From NCBI GenBank assembly GCA_000708835.1, contig DF236998.1:107880-171879 (forward strand): a stretch of 64,000 nucleotides of DNA, written 5' to 3'. The stretch is from Klebsormidium nitens (lineage: Eukaryota; Plantae; Klebsormidiophyceae). Shown in pieces: positions 13,046 to 24,853 of this stretch. How positions within the stretch are numbered: position 1 is the stretch's first letter; every line of letters begins with the position of its first letter. The position numbers were made by a program, and so were the translations under genes. The notes under the pieces were generated by a model, which was not told the origin of the DNA, ran no database searches, and saw only the letters and a program-made list of their open reading frames with translations.

Positions 13046-16000
13046 TCAGGGTACGTCATTATGGCTTTCATGGCCGGGAAATGCCCGAGGAAACTGTTCT
13101 ACCCACACAGGGATACCATATAAGATAAAAGCACAGATCTGGGTCAAAATCAAGCTAACAGCAATATAAGCATAGGCCTTCCCTGATGAACCTCCTTCCG
13201 CAAGCTTCAAAATCTCCACCATGAACGTTGAGACAGTGCTTAGACCACCCATAACTCCTTTTCCAAGGGCCATAAGCCACACTGACCAGACGTGACTTGT
13301 AATCTGCATGCAACAAAAGAAGTAAGAAATGCAAAAATGGTACACGGGCTGTTGCATTTTGCAACGCCTCATTTCAACTTATCAGAAGTTTCACTTGACA
13401 ACTTGTGCAACACTCCAAAGATGGCAAAGCTCCAAAAGCTTTTAACCGAATTGTAACAATATCACATGCTTCCGCTGACAAAACAGCCGCTCAAGCCTCA
13501 CTTATAACCGGGTACGGGAAGCTTCCGGGAAAAACACGTGCTCCTCAACAGACTTTCCGACCAGGAGCGAGATCACCCACCTGTACGTCCCCCATCTTGT
13601 CAAGCGTGAGGCACATCGACGCAAGGACGTTTGCCGCAAGCGTCCCCCACGGAATCCACGCGTAGGGGGACCCCTTCATAAAGCCCCCATTATACCGTGA
13701 TAAATACCACCGAAGCCAGACTCCAAGTGGGGAGATGCACGCCGCGATGGCCTGTATATGCTTCCCAACATCTCCCCACTTGAACGCGGCAATGACAATG
13801 TTCAACGGAAGCAAAAAGCCAAGCCAAAGCACGGCTGCCGTCCAGGCGACCGCCTTTCGTCGCTTGAGGTTGTCGGGGGTGATTCGAATGGCAACTCTTC
13901 GACGCTTTTGGAAGCAGGACCAAAACCAAACGAGACTCTGACCGGCGTTGATGCCGACAAGGAGCGAGACGAAGGGGAGCTCGAGGCCTGCAAAAAGGTC
14001 GCACTTCTCGATTCAGGGTTTTGAGGTCGGAGGTTCGAGCTTCAACTTTCAAGTCCGAAGGCCTTGCACGATTACCGGTTTTTGTGCGCTTTATGACTAG
14101 GACTCATTGAAGACCCGATTCGTTTCATCAAGGAGAGTCCGACGTCCGGCCAATTGTTCCCAATATGTGGATGTCCATGTCTGAGAAGGAGCGGTTATGC
14201 ATAAGCCAAGCTGAATGTTATGGTGGTCTTTGACCGTCTTCAGCAAAAGGCTTAACCCCTGTGCCCGTCCTGTCCCAGGTCTTTTAAATCCACTCTGCAT
14301 CCTCCAATTCGGTGAAGACAACCTCAATTTCGGAAATTTCACCATCTCTTGTCTGCAACGGCTGTTGCGTCTGTGGCTGAGCAACCTCTTTGTGTCCCTC
14401 CGAAATATTACAACTGGAAAAGAGTAAACGGCAGATCGAGAAGCACAGATGTCTTGCAGCCCTAAAAATAGCCAACGGCCGAAGGACCTATCCTTGCCGT
14501 CAAAGTTCACCGTCCCTGCTTGGCAAGCCAGTCAAAGTACGGCCACATAATTACTTTGCCTCGAACACGTCCAACCAGAGAAGGAGGCCTCACCTAAAAT
14601 AATCCCAAATAGCGCTTTCTCCCAACGGCCAGCAACAAACAGTTGCGCCATATCTTGATTGAAGCTCGCGTACGTCGTGATGGATCCCATGAGGCCGGTG
14701 GTTAGGCCGAGGGCAATCAACTCGGAGTACTTGGCAATCTGTGCCTTGCACGTGACGCCCACGATGCCCATGAAAAAGCAACCAATCTGTAGTTCGGGGA
14801 GAGGAAATGCGTTTGTTTTTTGCAATGCGAGAAGCTCTTGAGATTGCGGCACATAATTGCATTCAGGTATTGGCGGATAACCTATAGAGGAGGACAGTCT
14901 CATTTGGACAGGCTTGCAGTGCATAGACAAGGGGCCAGTCAACGGGTATGAGCGATCAGCGGCGTCAAGTGTTGTTCCAGTGTGAAAGTAGGTGCACGAG
15001 TGTGCCAGCAGCACTGTTGAGAGGATGCTACGCAGACAGAGGGCAGACGACGCTTACTACAATGGACAAGCTTAGATATTTGAGCGAACCCGAAAAGGGA
15101 TACTAAGAACAAGCCCAGTGACTAGGGGATTACCCTTGAAGAACGCACCAGAGTCAAGGAAGGTCTGCACCAGAACAGGTGCCATTCAAGGCAACACCTT
15201 GTGGCCACAATGTTTAGAGCACAACGACGCACGCACTCTAGCAAAAGGGACAGGAGCTTTACCATGTTAGCCGGCAAGTCCTGGAACAGGCAGTCCCACT
15301 TTCTCATTATGTGAAGGCCCTCGTAATTGAAGGCGTCCTCCAGCAATATCCGGATGTGTGTCTGCAGAAAGGGGGTTTCATCAGTGTCAGAACTTGGGAA
15401 ACTACTCCTCTTTCAGGTGTCTCCAACTCTGTTAGCATCCTTAACCGGGTTCGACACTACGGCTAAGATTGACTCCTACGATGGAGAAGTGACTATGTAG
15501 AGGCTTAGAAGAAAACATTAAATTTGGGGTGAGTAGGAGAGCCCTGAAACTTCCAACACTGTCAAAGATGGACCTTTCAAATGTACAAACTTGGCAAATG
15601 CATAGTGCATTCCGGGAAGAACGAGAGTTTTGTACACCGCAGAAAACCAAAGTAGGTTCATGATAACCGTAACTCACGACGTAACTCAAATGCAGCTGAT
15701 CCCCACCATCAACCGAAGCAAACAGCAAAAGCAATGCACACAAATACTCGGCAAGCCTCTGAGTCTTTGAGAAGGCAGCATAGGGCATGTTTCCCTGAAA
15801 GCAAAACTGCTTTAGCTGGAGTACAGCTTTCAAAATAACAAGTCTCGAAAGGACAAATGCATCTCACCCCAACAACTCCTGCAAGTGCACACACACACAG
15901 TATTGCCACCAGCTCCCAGCCGGGACTAAGCCTCTCAGCATCCCAGTTTGCCACATCGGAAGGCACTTGCGATGTTGGCAGCGTCGCGTCTGCTTCTGTT

Positions 16001-17353
16001 ACAGGAAGCGGGCCGTCCTGCCGTATTTCCTCAAGCTCTAAACTCTTGTCCCCACTCTGCAAGAAAAGAGGCTACCATGAATACAGAGGATGATAGGAGC
16101 GGGAGATACAGAAGGTGAAATTAAGGAGAATAATCTGACGTTAGCAGACGAAAAAGATCCTGGTGTTTGCCCCCACTCTTCAGGAGGAGAGGCTTATGTC
16201 AACAGGATTGTGGAGGCTGATAGAACTGGGACACAGGGAAGGTGATGTAAGCCGACAAGAAGAAGGTGTTAGCAGAGAGGAGAACTCCTGGTGTTAGCGG
16301 GGATGTGATCAAACTGTATTTCACGTATCAAACATGTGTAAGAAGGAGTGAGTATCTTAAATCAAAGAGATGGTTGTCTACTGGGGGAACCATTAATCCC
16401 CCAAAATGCTGCAAGGTAACATGAGCAGAAGATTGGGAAGGGGACAACAAGGAAGGGGAATGCAGCATTGGGACTGAAGAAGAGTCTAGATACTGGTCAA
16501 ATGATGGTTACATGCTGGTTTAGTTTATCAAAGTGGCAACTAGGATTAAGACCTTGGCAGATGCATCAGCTGACTGTGGCAAGGGCCAGGTTGGACTGAA
16601 GTTTGCCTGAGTGCCTCAAGCTTGAACGGTTGCCATCAAGTTCAAATCCACCTGCGGTACATGGAACAATTACCGACTCAATGCATGCAGCAAGGACCAG
16701 GCGAATGGTCAACTTGTTTCCACTGACAAAGCCTTCTTGTGTATTTGACCTCACCGTCCCAATTGCTCTAAGGAAGCATCAAAAGCAGACACAGATGAAA
16801 GGTACACACAAATAGACAGCACTTTGTACAGTAAGGCTAGCATTCCTGACCCAAGTTCAGAGCAGTCCCTGGCAACTAGGGCAATGCAGCTCTTTTCCTT
16901 GTAAACTTGGGTCAAGCATTACATCCTATACTGTTTCCATGAATCCCTTTTTGAAGGTCAGCCTCTTCTTCAATGTGCATAAGAGAAATTCTTGCACTCT
17001 GGCAATAAAAGTAACCTAAAGGAGGCTTTGGTTGCCAGCAAATGCCAAGTGCAGGCAAGACAACAGTGAACAGGTTGACCAGGAAGATGGGACTGGTCTG
17101 ACGCAGGCCACAGCCCCTCACAGCCAATATCCAGGTCAGAAGAAACATGCGAGCTGGAGTTTTCAAAAACCGCAAAGAGAGTGACGAGATAGGCTGCACC
17201 AGAAACCGCTTTGTATCACTGGTTCCTCACCCTCAAAGACTCCTCTGTCAACTCTCCACTGTACCTGGAACAACCAGGCATACTCGTTGAGCCCCCTCCA
17301 TGCTCTAGATCATGGTTCGCTGAATCACCCCCAGAAGGCATGTCAGATTTCAT
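13046..17353 (-). CDS. FEX: Fluoride export protein (two fused CrcB/Fluc domains). Exons 17353-17231 (tentative), 16056-15868, 15361-15263, 14786-14594, 13987-13581, 13303-13046
   Basis: Spliced LAGVVG|THIRILL...FQDLPANM|IGCFFMG...GLTTGLMGSITTYASFNQ...SPLGVWLRWYLSRYNG...IPWGTLAANVLA...GVMGGLSTVSTFMVE matches plant FEX. The first exon and start codon are uncertain. Confidence 0.88.
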
Positions 17354-18460
17354 GCTCTTCAAGTAAAATCTAAGCTGTTTGTGCCAGGACGCCGCTCAAC
17401 ACGCTTAGCGCGTGACAAATTTAGAAGACCATGACAGTGAGGACAACACAATGTTACGGGGTTATTACTAACTACAACTGTTTATCTGATTCCGCGCTTT
17501 CACCATCTTCAACAAGAACAGCAACTGAAGCGGAGAGGAAGGCGCTCTCTACCAGCTCACAAGATTGAAGTCACGCCCAGCGCCACAGCAAAAGATTTGG
17601 AGGACCAGCTGAGAATCTGGATTCTGTACGTAGCGTCGTGGGGTGGCAAGCTTGTGCGTGAGATTATTTGCCAGCTCCTAAAGGAATCGCGTATTCACAG
17701 TCGAACCAGGGTCCAGCACCAAATACCGGTACTCCTGTCATGTTGAATCTGACATTGCATCCATCATAAAAATAGTTCAAAAGCTGCACGTGACCCAACC
17801 GAGAAAGTTAACCATGGTCAACCAGAGCCACAGTCTGCTGACGCTTTTCATACTTTCAGTCTAGCTGACTCGTGACGAGTCGTGACTAAGTTTTAAACCC
17901 AGTGGATGACACTTTGTGTTTAGGTCCGGGTATGTCCCCAGACGGGCCCAGACTCCCCCAGAGTATGAATGTTGTGGAGTGTGAAAAGGCGGGGCCAGCC
18001 GCTGAGGCGTGTGTTCCACACGTACACCAGATTGCCGAATGATGGGCGCCACTCAAAACTGGACCCAGGTGTGCCCCTTCCAAAACTGCAAGGGCGGTGT
18101 TACCTTGGGACCGGTATACACTGGTGCTTGCCACTGATTCCGGTAGGTACCTTTTTGTATCGTTACCAATCCAAGGTAAGACTACCCTTATAGGTTACCG
18201 GTAGGTACCTCCACCAGGCACGGTATTAAATCGATTTCCATCCCACCCGGAACACAAAGCAGGTGAACACGGTACCGCGTATGTGTACCGGTCGGTAGTT
18301 GGAAACTTCGGAGTTTGTTTGCTCTGGATTCATCCATCTGGAAGCTGGACATACGAGTAGATACCTAGGTGGTAGGTACGTACCGTGCCAAGCTGTTTAG
18401 CGCGCCGTGCGCACACCGCCTATACCGGTACATTGCAGCGGGCGTCACCCAATGTTCGTG

Positions 18461-18822
18461 GCGAAACTAATTCTTTTCGCCAATTTGATTTTCGCCAGAT
18501 TTTCGCCATTTAGTGTCTTGGCAGGGAATTTCGCCGGCCTGGCGAAAATCATCAGGCCGTCAGCCAGTTCTTACATGCTCGGGTGCTCCCACCCGCTTTG
18601 ACGAATCTTAACCCTGCTCAGAACCCCTTACTTTACCTTTGCCTGCACATTTTCAATTGACTCTCCAGAGACAACGAAAAAAATTGGTCGGTACAGTAAT
18701 TTTTTGGTGCCGGGACACTCTACCGGCCACAACTGCCGCTGGGATTTTCGCCATTAGTGTCATTTTCGCCAATTAGTGTCTGGGAGCTCCTATTTAGTGT
18801 ATTCCAAGATTTATTTTCGCCA
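18461..18822. repeat. Cluster of (A/T)TTTCGCC(A) motifs, some followed by TTAGTGTC; possible DNA-transposon subterminal remnant
   Basis: About 7 direct copies and 2 inverted (GGCGAAA) copies in two blocks, ~18461-18548 and ~18744-18822. Confidence 0.55.
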
Positions 18823-20297
18823 CGATCACTGGCGTCACCTTGCTAGCAAGTGCATGACGTACACGGGCATACCTACCGTACTTCGGAGTCCGGACTCTTT
18901 CAGGCAATCCAATCCTTCCCACGAAAGACCCGTAACCAGCAGGAAGCTGAGAAGCTCTGCTGCCCCAACACAATATAAAGCAGCAAAAGCTAGACACCAT
19001 AAGAAGACGGCCGCAACCAAATCTCACAGCGAGGGGACCTTTGATCGGACGCCACTTTGGCATCAGCATATCCGGTCTGCTTCAAGAGCATGCTTGCCAA
19101 CCGTCAGTTTAGTACCAAGCGGTTGCGACACGAACGGGTACCATCCTGCATCTTGCTTTGGTGCATGGACGCCCGCGAGCGCTTTCGGACTTTACAATCG
19201 TCTCTCCCGGATTGTCGATACTAGATACTTCAGAGCCAACGATGATGTACGATTGCAACAGGCCTCGAAGTGCCTTAAGTTAAGAAGTAAGATGTCACGG
19301 CAGCTCCGGTTCTCGTGCCTCAGGCTCTTGGCGCTCACTGGTTAAGTTTGTGGCGCTGGTCGGTCTGCAAGTTGCGCGCGCGAAAGCTGAGGAGATGCCA
19401 GCAAGCAAACTTGCATATACCACTATGCCGTGGGGTGCACTTGACCATTGATGCATCATTGATCCATACATATGATATGTATGCCGTGGAAGCCTTTGGT
19501 CCATGTGACTTCGCCAAACCTTTGTAAAGAAAACATACATCATTGTGGCCGGGCTGGCTCCATGTTTCATATGCAGCCTGCATGCATAAATTGTCGGGCC
19601 CGGCTGCATATATACATACGGCAAGTTCAAGTTCATTAAGAGTCAAAAACTTTCCACAATTGCATCCATACGCATTAGTATGTGGTTGGGCTTATACTAT
19701 AGATCCAGTGAATTCGATTCATCCATGGTAGTGGTGTTCTAAATTAAATGTACCCGCCACGCAACATATTGAATTGCAAACGATCAGCACGTGGAGGGCA
19801 ATGGCATACCATGGCATATACCCGCTGCATGATCTCAGCAACTCGACCGGAGACCAAACTCTCCAATTGTTTATATGCGCGTTACGCTATTGTGTATGCT
19901 TCACACGCGGCTAGAGCTCCACAATCGTTTCGATATCCTTGCATGGGGCAACTCGTGAAAACGGGCCCGATCCCCGGCCGGAGGCCGGACCGAGCGCGTT
20001 TATAGTGCTGGCAATGCGGTGGTGCCTTTTTTCAGTTGGGAACCTGTGTCGGCTGTGCGAGACGGTGACAAAGATATGCATGGTATCCGGGCGTGGCCTC
20101 ATGGGTGCTGCAGCATGGTCCTTCTGAAGCATGTTGCGGGTTGACAGCCGGCCCAGAAACAATGCAGCCACCGGGTATGATATGCGCGGGACCGGCAGCA
20201 ATTTAGACCATCACTCAAAGCCGGCTGGCAACTTTTAGAACCAGGCGGCATACTGTACAAGGTTTGGTGCAGTTTGACAGTAGAAAGCTATTTCACC

Positions 20298-23200
20298 TTA
20301 TATCAGCGAGAACTGAGACGGCTGCTTCCCACTAACATCTCCCGGACTTTCCCCTTCTCCCTCTCCCTCCTCCAGCGCCCGCTCTTCTCCTCGCTTCATG
20401 TACCCCGTCTTTTGCACGTAGCTTTTCGAACCCCTCGGCGCCCCCGCGGGGGGCGTAACCCCGGCCGCAACCTTCGCCGTTTTGGGCCCTCGGCCTGACC
20501 CTAAAAACCCCCCGGTGCTGCCCCTGCCCGGCCGCTCTGACGACATAACTAAAACGAGGCCCTTCCCCTCATCCGGCGCACGCAGCGTGCGCAGCGTCCG
20601 ATCGAGCGACTTCGCGACGATGATGCCCTCGTGGATCGGGCGCACGATCAGGATCCACTCCCCGATGAAGAAGCAGCAGAGCAGCACAAAGAACGACGCA
20701 AAGAGGAGGCTCTCGAAGAGCGGCTCGTTCGGGTGCGAGAAGACGGTGAACGCGAGGAGCAGCACGTGGGTCGGGAACCCGAGCAGGAACGTCCACATGA
20801 GGAAATGCAACCGGTTATGCAGCCGCTTATTGATGATCACCGAGCCCATCCGCAGGCACGTCCACACGTAAAAAACTAGGTATATGATCGCGAATGCGCC
20901 GAGGACCACCGTCCCGAGCAGCGGGAAATAGCACGCGGCTGTGCCGGGCTTGTTCCCGTCTGGCTCCGCGCATTTCGTCAGGATGGGGGGGATCTTTATA
21001 TGGTCGGGGGACTGCGCGATGCTGACGGTCTGACCCCCGCCGGGGCCGGTGAAAACCTTGTCCTCGGCGGAGGTTTGCCAGAGCGGGTTAAAGAGGATAA
21101 CCACCAGTTGACAGGCGACGATGGGCGTGGTTAGCAGGAGCGTGTAGGCAACCACTTTGTAGTTCCAGCGCTGGCGGGGGGCGCTCGGATCGTCGCGGAG
21201 GGAGCCCAGGACGAGGAAGAGCGCCGTGAGGAAGAAGCCCGGCTCCGCGAAGCCGTACGCAACGACGACGTAGATCCGGCAGAGGGATCTGGAAGGTGAA
21301 AGAGAACCGTTTTGACGAACTGTTGCACCGGTCTGAAATAACGAGGATGACTGTAAGGAAGCTGGGCTCCATCTGGTAGCAGCGAGAATGAAAGACTGGC
21401 AGCAAGGAGCTTGAAAGGGCGACTGAAGACCAGTGTGCCATTGTGGCAGTTTTGGAACGATGGCAATGTTTGTGAAGAAGCTGGGTTCCGAAAGATCCGG
21501 CAAAAGGGCAAATCGCGGTGAAAGACCATTGAACGACGGAATCGGAAAAGCTATATGGCGGTTCTGATACTCCGAGGATGTTTGCAGGAGAAGCTGGCTG
21601 CCTGAAATCGTACACAGCAAAATGCAGAAAAGCGATCATGGAACGGGAGACTAAGCCGGCTTGATTTCTGGGAGTTGGCATGTTGCGTTGAATGATAGTT
21701 TGGCCTACAACTAAGGTGACACCACTGAATATGGATCCAGCAGTTGGAGAAGGAAGAAATAGAAGTAGCCGCGTTTTCCAAACGCCTTTGTTCTACCATG
21801 AAAACAACGGGAACCGACACGGATGAGGCTTCTAAAGAGGAAGCAAAGTGATTGACTGCAGGAGAGAGCGGCCGGGCAATTCAGGGTTTGAGACGGTCCT
21901 CTCAGCAGCTTGCCACTCCAGACAGGCTCCCAAAAATGTAAACTGAGTGCAATAAGCGACAAATGAAACGGACGGACGAAGAATTGCAAATATCAAGAAT
22001 GGCTTTAAGCGCAGGCCAATTGTTTGCCATGTCCTGCGCCCCCAATCCCTCCATCGCGCTACTTTCTTGCTAACTGTTTTCCCACCAACTCAAAACGGGT
22101 TCAACCTGAGGTCGTGTTTAGGAGCCAGGACGCGTTGCCACAATGAACGACTTAGGAGATGCCGCTCTCCAGGAGCGGTTCAAGATTGCAACCAGGAACG
22201 TCTCCTTCTCAAAGTAGTAGAACAAACATGACTTCAAAAGGCAACCAAGTCTGTGGACCACTTCCAAGTGAATCTGGCGGAAGTCTCACCTCTGAAGCTC
22301 ATACGGAAAGGTCGAGATGAGCCAGCCATCCCTCCGGAGAAGCGGCAGCCGCAGCAGCTGGCTCACGCCCCACGTGGTTGCATACACGATCAGCGTTATC
22401 CGCACGATCCAGAGAGTGTTGAACTGGTGAAGAGCGAGTAACCGCTGCTGGCGGATCTTCCTGCGGGAACAGAAGGAAGTGCGAGAGTTTGCTTTGAGGC
22501 CTCATGCCAGTCATATCCGGGCCGAATTCTTGCACCCGGTTAGTGAGACGCCAACCAAGGATGACCCATGTTGGAAAATCATCTCAGGGCCTTTCAACAG
22601 GTGTTTTCGTGGAGAATGAAAAACAAGATAGCTCTCCTACTTTGGCAGAACCATGGCGAAACCAAAAGTGCACGCAGTCAGCCGTCCCACAATCTTCTAG
22701 TCGACGGTCCACATCTGCAGTTGAGAAGCGCTCGGCAAGACGTGGGACCGGACATAATTGGCATGAGAGCACGGGGAACATGTGGCCCCTTTGATATCAT
22801 TTGTCTTCTGGAATCTTCCTGGGGGATGCGCAACTGCGCCCGCGAACATTACTCTTATGGTGGTTCTGTTCGTGACGCGACTGATGCAACTTTTGAAGAT
22901 AGAAAAACCAATAGACTTCAAAACTTCAGTTCTTCCCGAGCAGAATCTCTTCGATTGTCACACAGTCAATACTCCGTCGCTCTGTATCAGCAGTGAGACG
23001 TGTAAACGCACGGATGAAAGTACTGCCGTAGAAGGCCCATGACATTGAGGCTGCTCGCTCTCCTTCCCACTAGCTTGACGAGGTTTTTAAAGAAGCTGGA
23101 CGCGCCAGGCGATATATAACGCCCAAAGTTTACTTCAATGTTCCGGAGCGCTAATACACAACATCTTAACAGCAAAGCAGAATCCCATTCCAAGTTGCAC

Positions 23201-23464
23201 TTGAAACCCTAGTAAATTTTGTACCTATTTTGCCCGTCCTTGCCACAAGCTCAGCCGCTTCATGTGCCACAAACTTTAGAATGTGAGATGCGAAGGTTAC
23301 ACAGCTCTCAGGGAAGAAGGAAAAGGGAGTTCTCTACGTTCCTACCTGTGGAAATACAGGACGTAGAAGATGCACAGCGCTGAGATGGCTGCCAACAGGA
23401 TGCTCAGCACGAAGGTGGTATAGCCAAAGATATCAACATCGTAGGCAGACAGGCCCCCTGGCAT
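20298..23464 (-). CDS. Conserved plant multi-pass (~7 TM) membrane protein of unknown function. Exons 23464-23346, 22460-22290, 21288-20298
   Basis: Spliced MPGGLSAYDVDIFGYTTFVLSILLAAISALCIFYVLYFHR|KIRQQRLLALHQFNTLWIVRITLIVYATTWGVSQLLRLPLLRR...|SLCRIYVVVAYGFAEPGFFLTALFLV...WNYKVVAY...CYFPLLGTVVLG...VIINKRLHNR. Resembles an uncharacterised land-plant family (GFAEP, WN, CxYPLL, INKRL motifs; from memory). Phases consistent. Confidence 0.85.
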
Positions 23465-24131
23465 CTGGGGCGTTCTGAGAGGACTACCCCTGGAAATCCA
23501 GTTGGGGCTCCCAACGCATTCCTGTGCTTGCAGTCGAGACTGGCAAATTCTCTCGCTCTTGTTGTAGACAGCAAATTCCAACTATAAGCCAATCATGCGG
23601 CTCCTCTAGCATGTTCCAGAAGATGGTTCGTCGGTGTCAGCTCCGAGTGCAGACCCGCTATATTCAAGAGCTGACACGTCAATGTACTTCGATCACAAGC
23701 AAGAGTATCAGCTGTGCCCCGCCAGACCTCAAGCTAGAAGTGGTAGCTCAAGGGGCCGCCTTAGAGCCTGCTCCTGCTGCTCTGCGCCAGTGCTAAAACT
23801 GAAAGGCAGCCCGATCTCATGTCCCCTGGGCCTCAGGGCCAGTGATCGGACTCAGGCTCCAGCTCATTTTGCTCAGAAATTTTCGAAGTTTACGCGTGCA
23901 GGCCGCGCACCATGATGTGCCTTCGCGGCCGGCTGCGCCGCTGTGTCCCGACATGCGGCCGCGAGGTCAAGGCTCGCCACGCATTGAAGACCCCGGAGCA
24001 CTTTTAAGTTCCCGGAAGGCACCACCGGAGGGCTCACCGCCCTGTGGTCGTTTTCCCCGGAGCTTGGAAGAGCTCCGGGATCGATTGCCGGGCGCACTCG
24101 GCTCGTCCAAGAAGAACCTCGGCCGTTTGAA

Positions 24132-24143
24132 TTCCCGCCAAAA
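24132..24143. promoter_or_regulatory. Candidate E2F binding site TTCCCGCCAAAA upstream of the USP gene
   Basis: Matches the E2F consensus (TTTGGCGG on the - strand) in the region between the divergent 7TM and USP genes. Confidence 0.35.
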
Positions 24144-24853
24144 AGCTCAAACTGTTGCCCCTCAAGAAAATCAGGAGCTACTAGCACGGGCAGCGCAATG
24201 GAATTGCCATTGGTAATGGACCAACCGTAATTCTTACGGCCAGGAACGAAGCATTCGCTGGCGCATAGGAGAAGCTGCGCAGCTTCTTCTGAGACAGCTC
24301 AGGCAATTGTCATGTACTGAGGGGCCACATGGAAACACTGCTGTCCGCTACCTGACTGAGTTCCTTGATTAGTGTCCAGATGTTGAACAGCATTCAGACG
24401 GTTAGTCACCATCTGTCTTCGAACTAGTGCCTTGTAAGTGGTCCAGCGTCAAGGTAGTGTTGAGGTTTCAGCGACTGCTGATGTCCCATACCTTTTTGGG
24501 GTGCAAAATTCCTTCTAGTCTACCACACTCGGGGAGAGGGCCGCTCATCCAAGTAAGCTGAGCACTTTGCATACATCGAACCAGACTTTGTCTAGATTGT
24601 CAATCTTTGTCAATCTCTGCATAGATTGGTCCATCCTTCAAGAGCCCACAGAGTTCTTCACAAGAGAGCTGAGGATGTGCTTTTACTCCTACTCGATGGG
24701 GTTTAGTTGCACTTTTGTGGCACTAATCACTATGCACCTAGAATGCTGTCAGTTGTACTTGTTCCTCGCACTCTGATGGCCGCTCTTGCAAATGCCATCG
24801 CTCCCTTCGAAAAACCCTTTGTTGATGAGCGTTGTCATGCGTTGATTTTACAG

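Noticed and set aside
18776-19345. 189-aa plus-strand ORF and hydrophobic minus-strand ORF 18835-19020
   Set aside because: No domain similarity or coding-like GC3 bias; the region looks like decayed repeat.
21289-21620. N-terminal ~110 aa of the 440-aa ORF 20298-21620
   Set aside because: Intron read-through. Homology and splice phase place the exon start at 21288.
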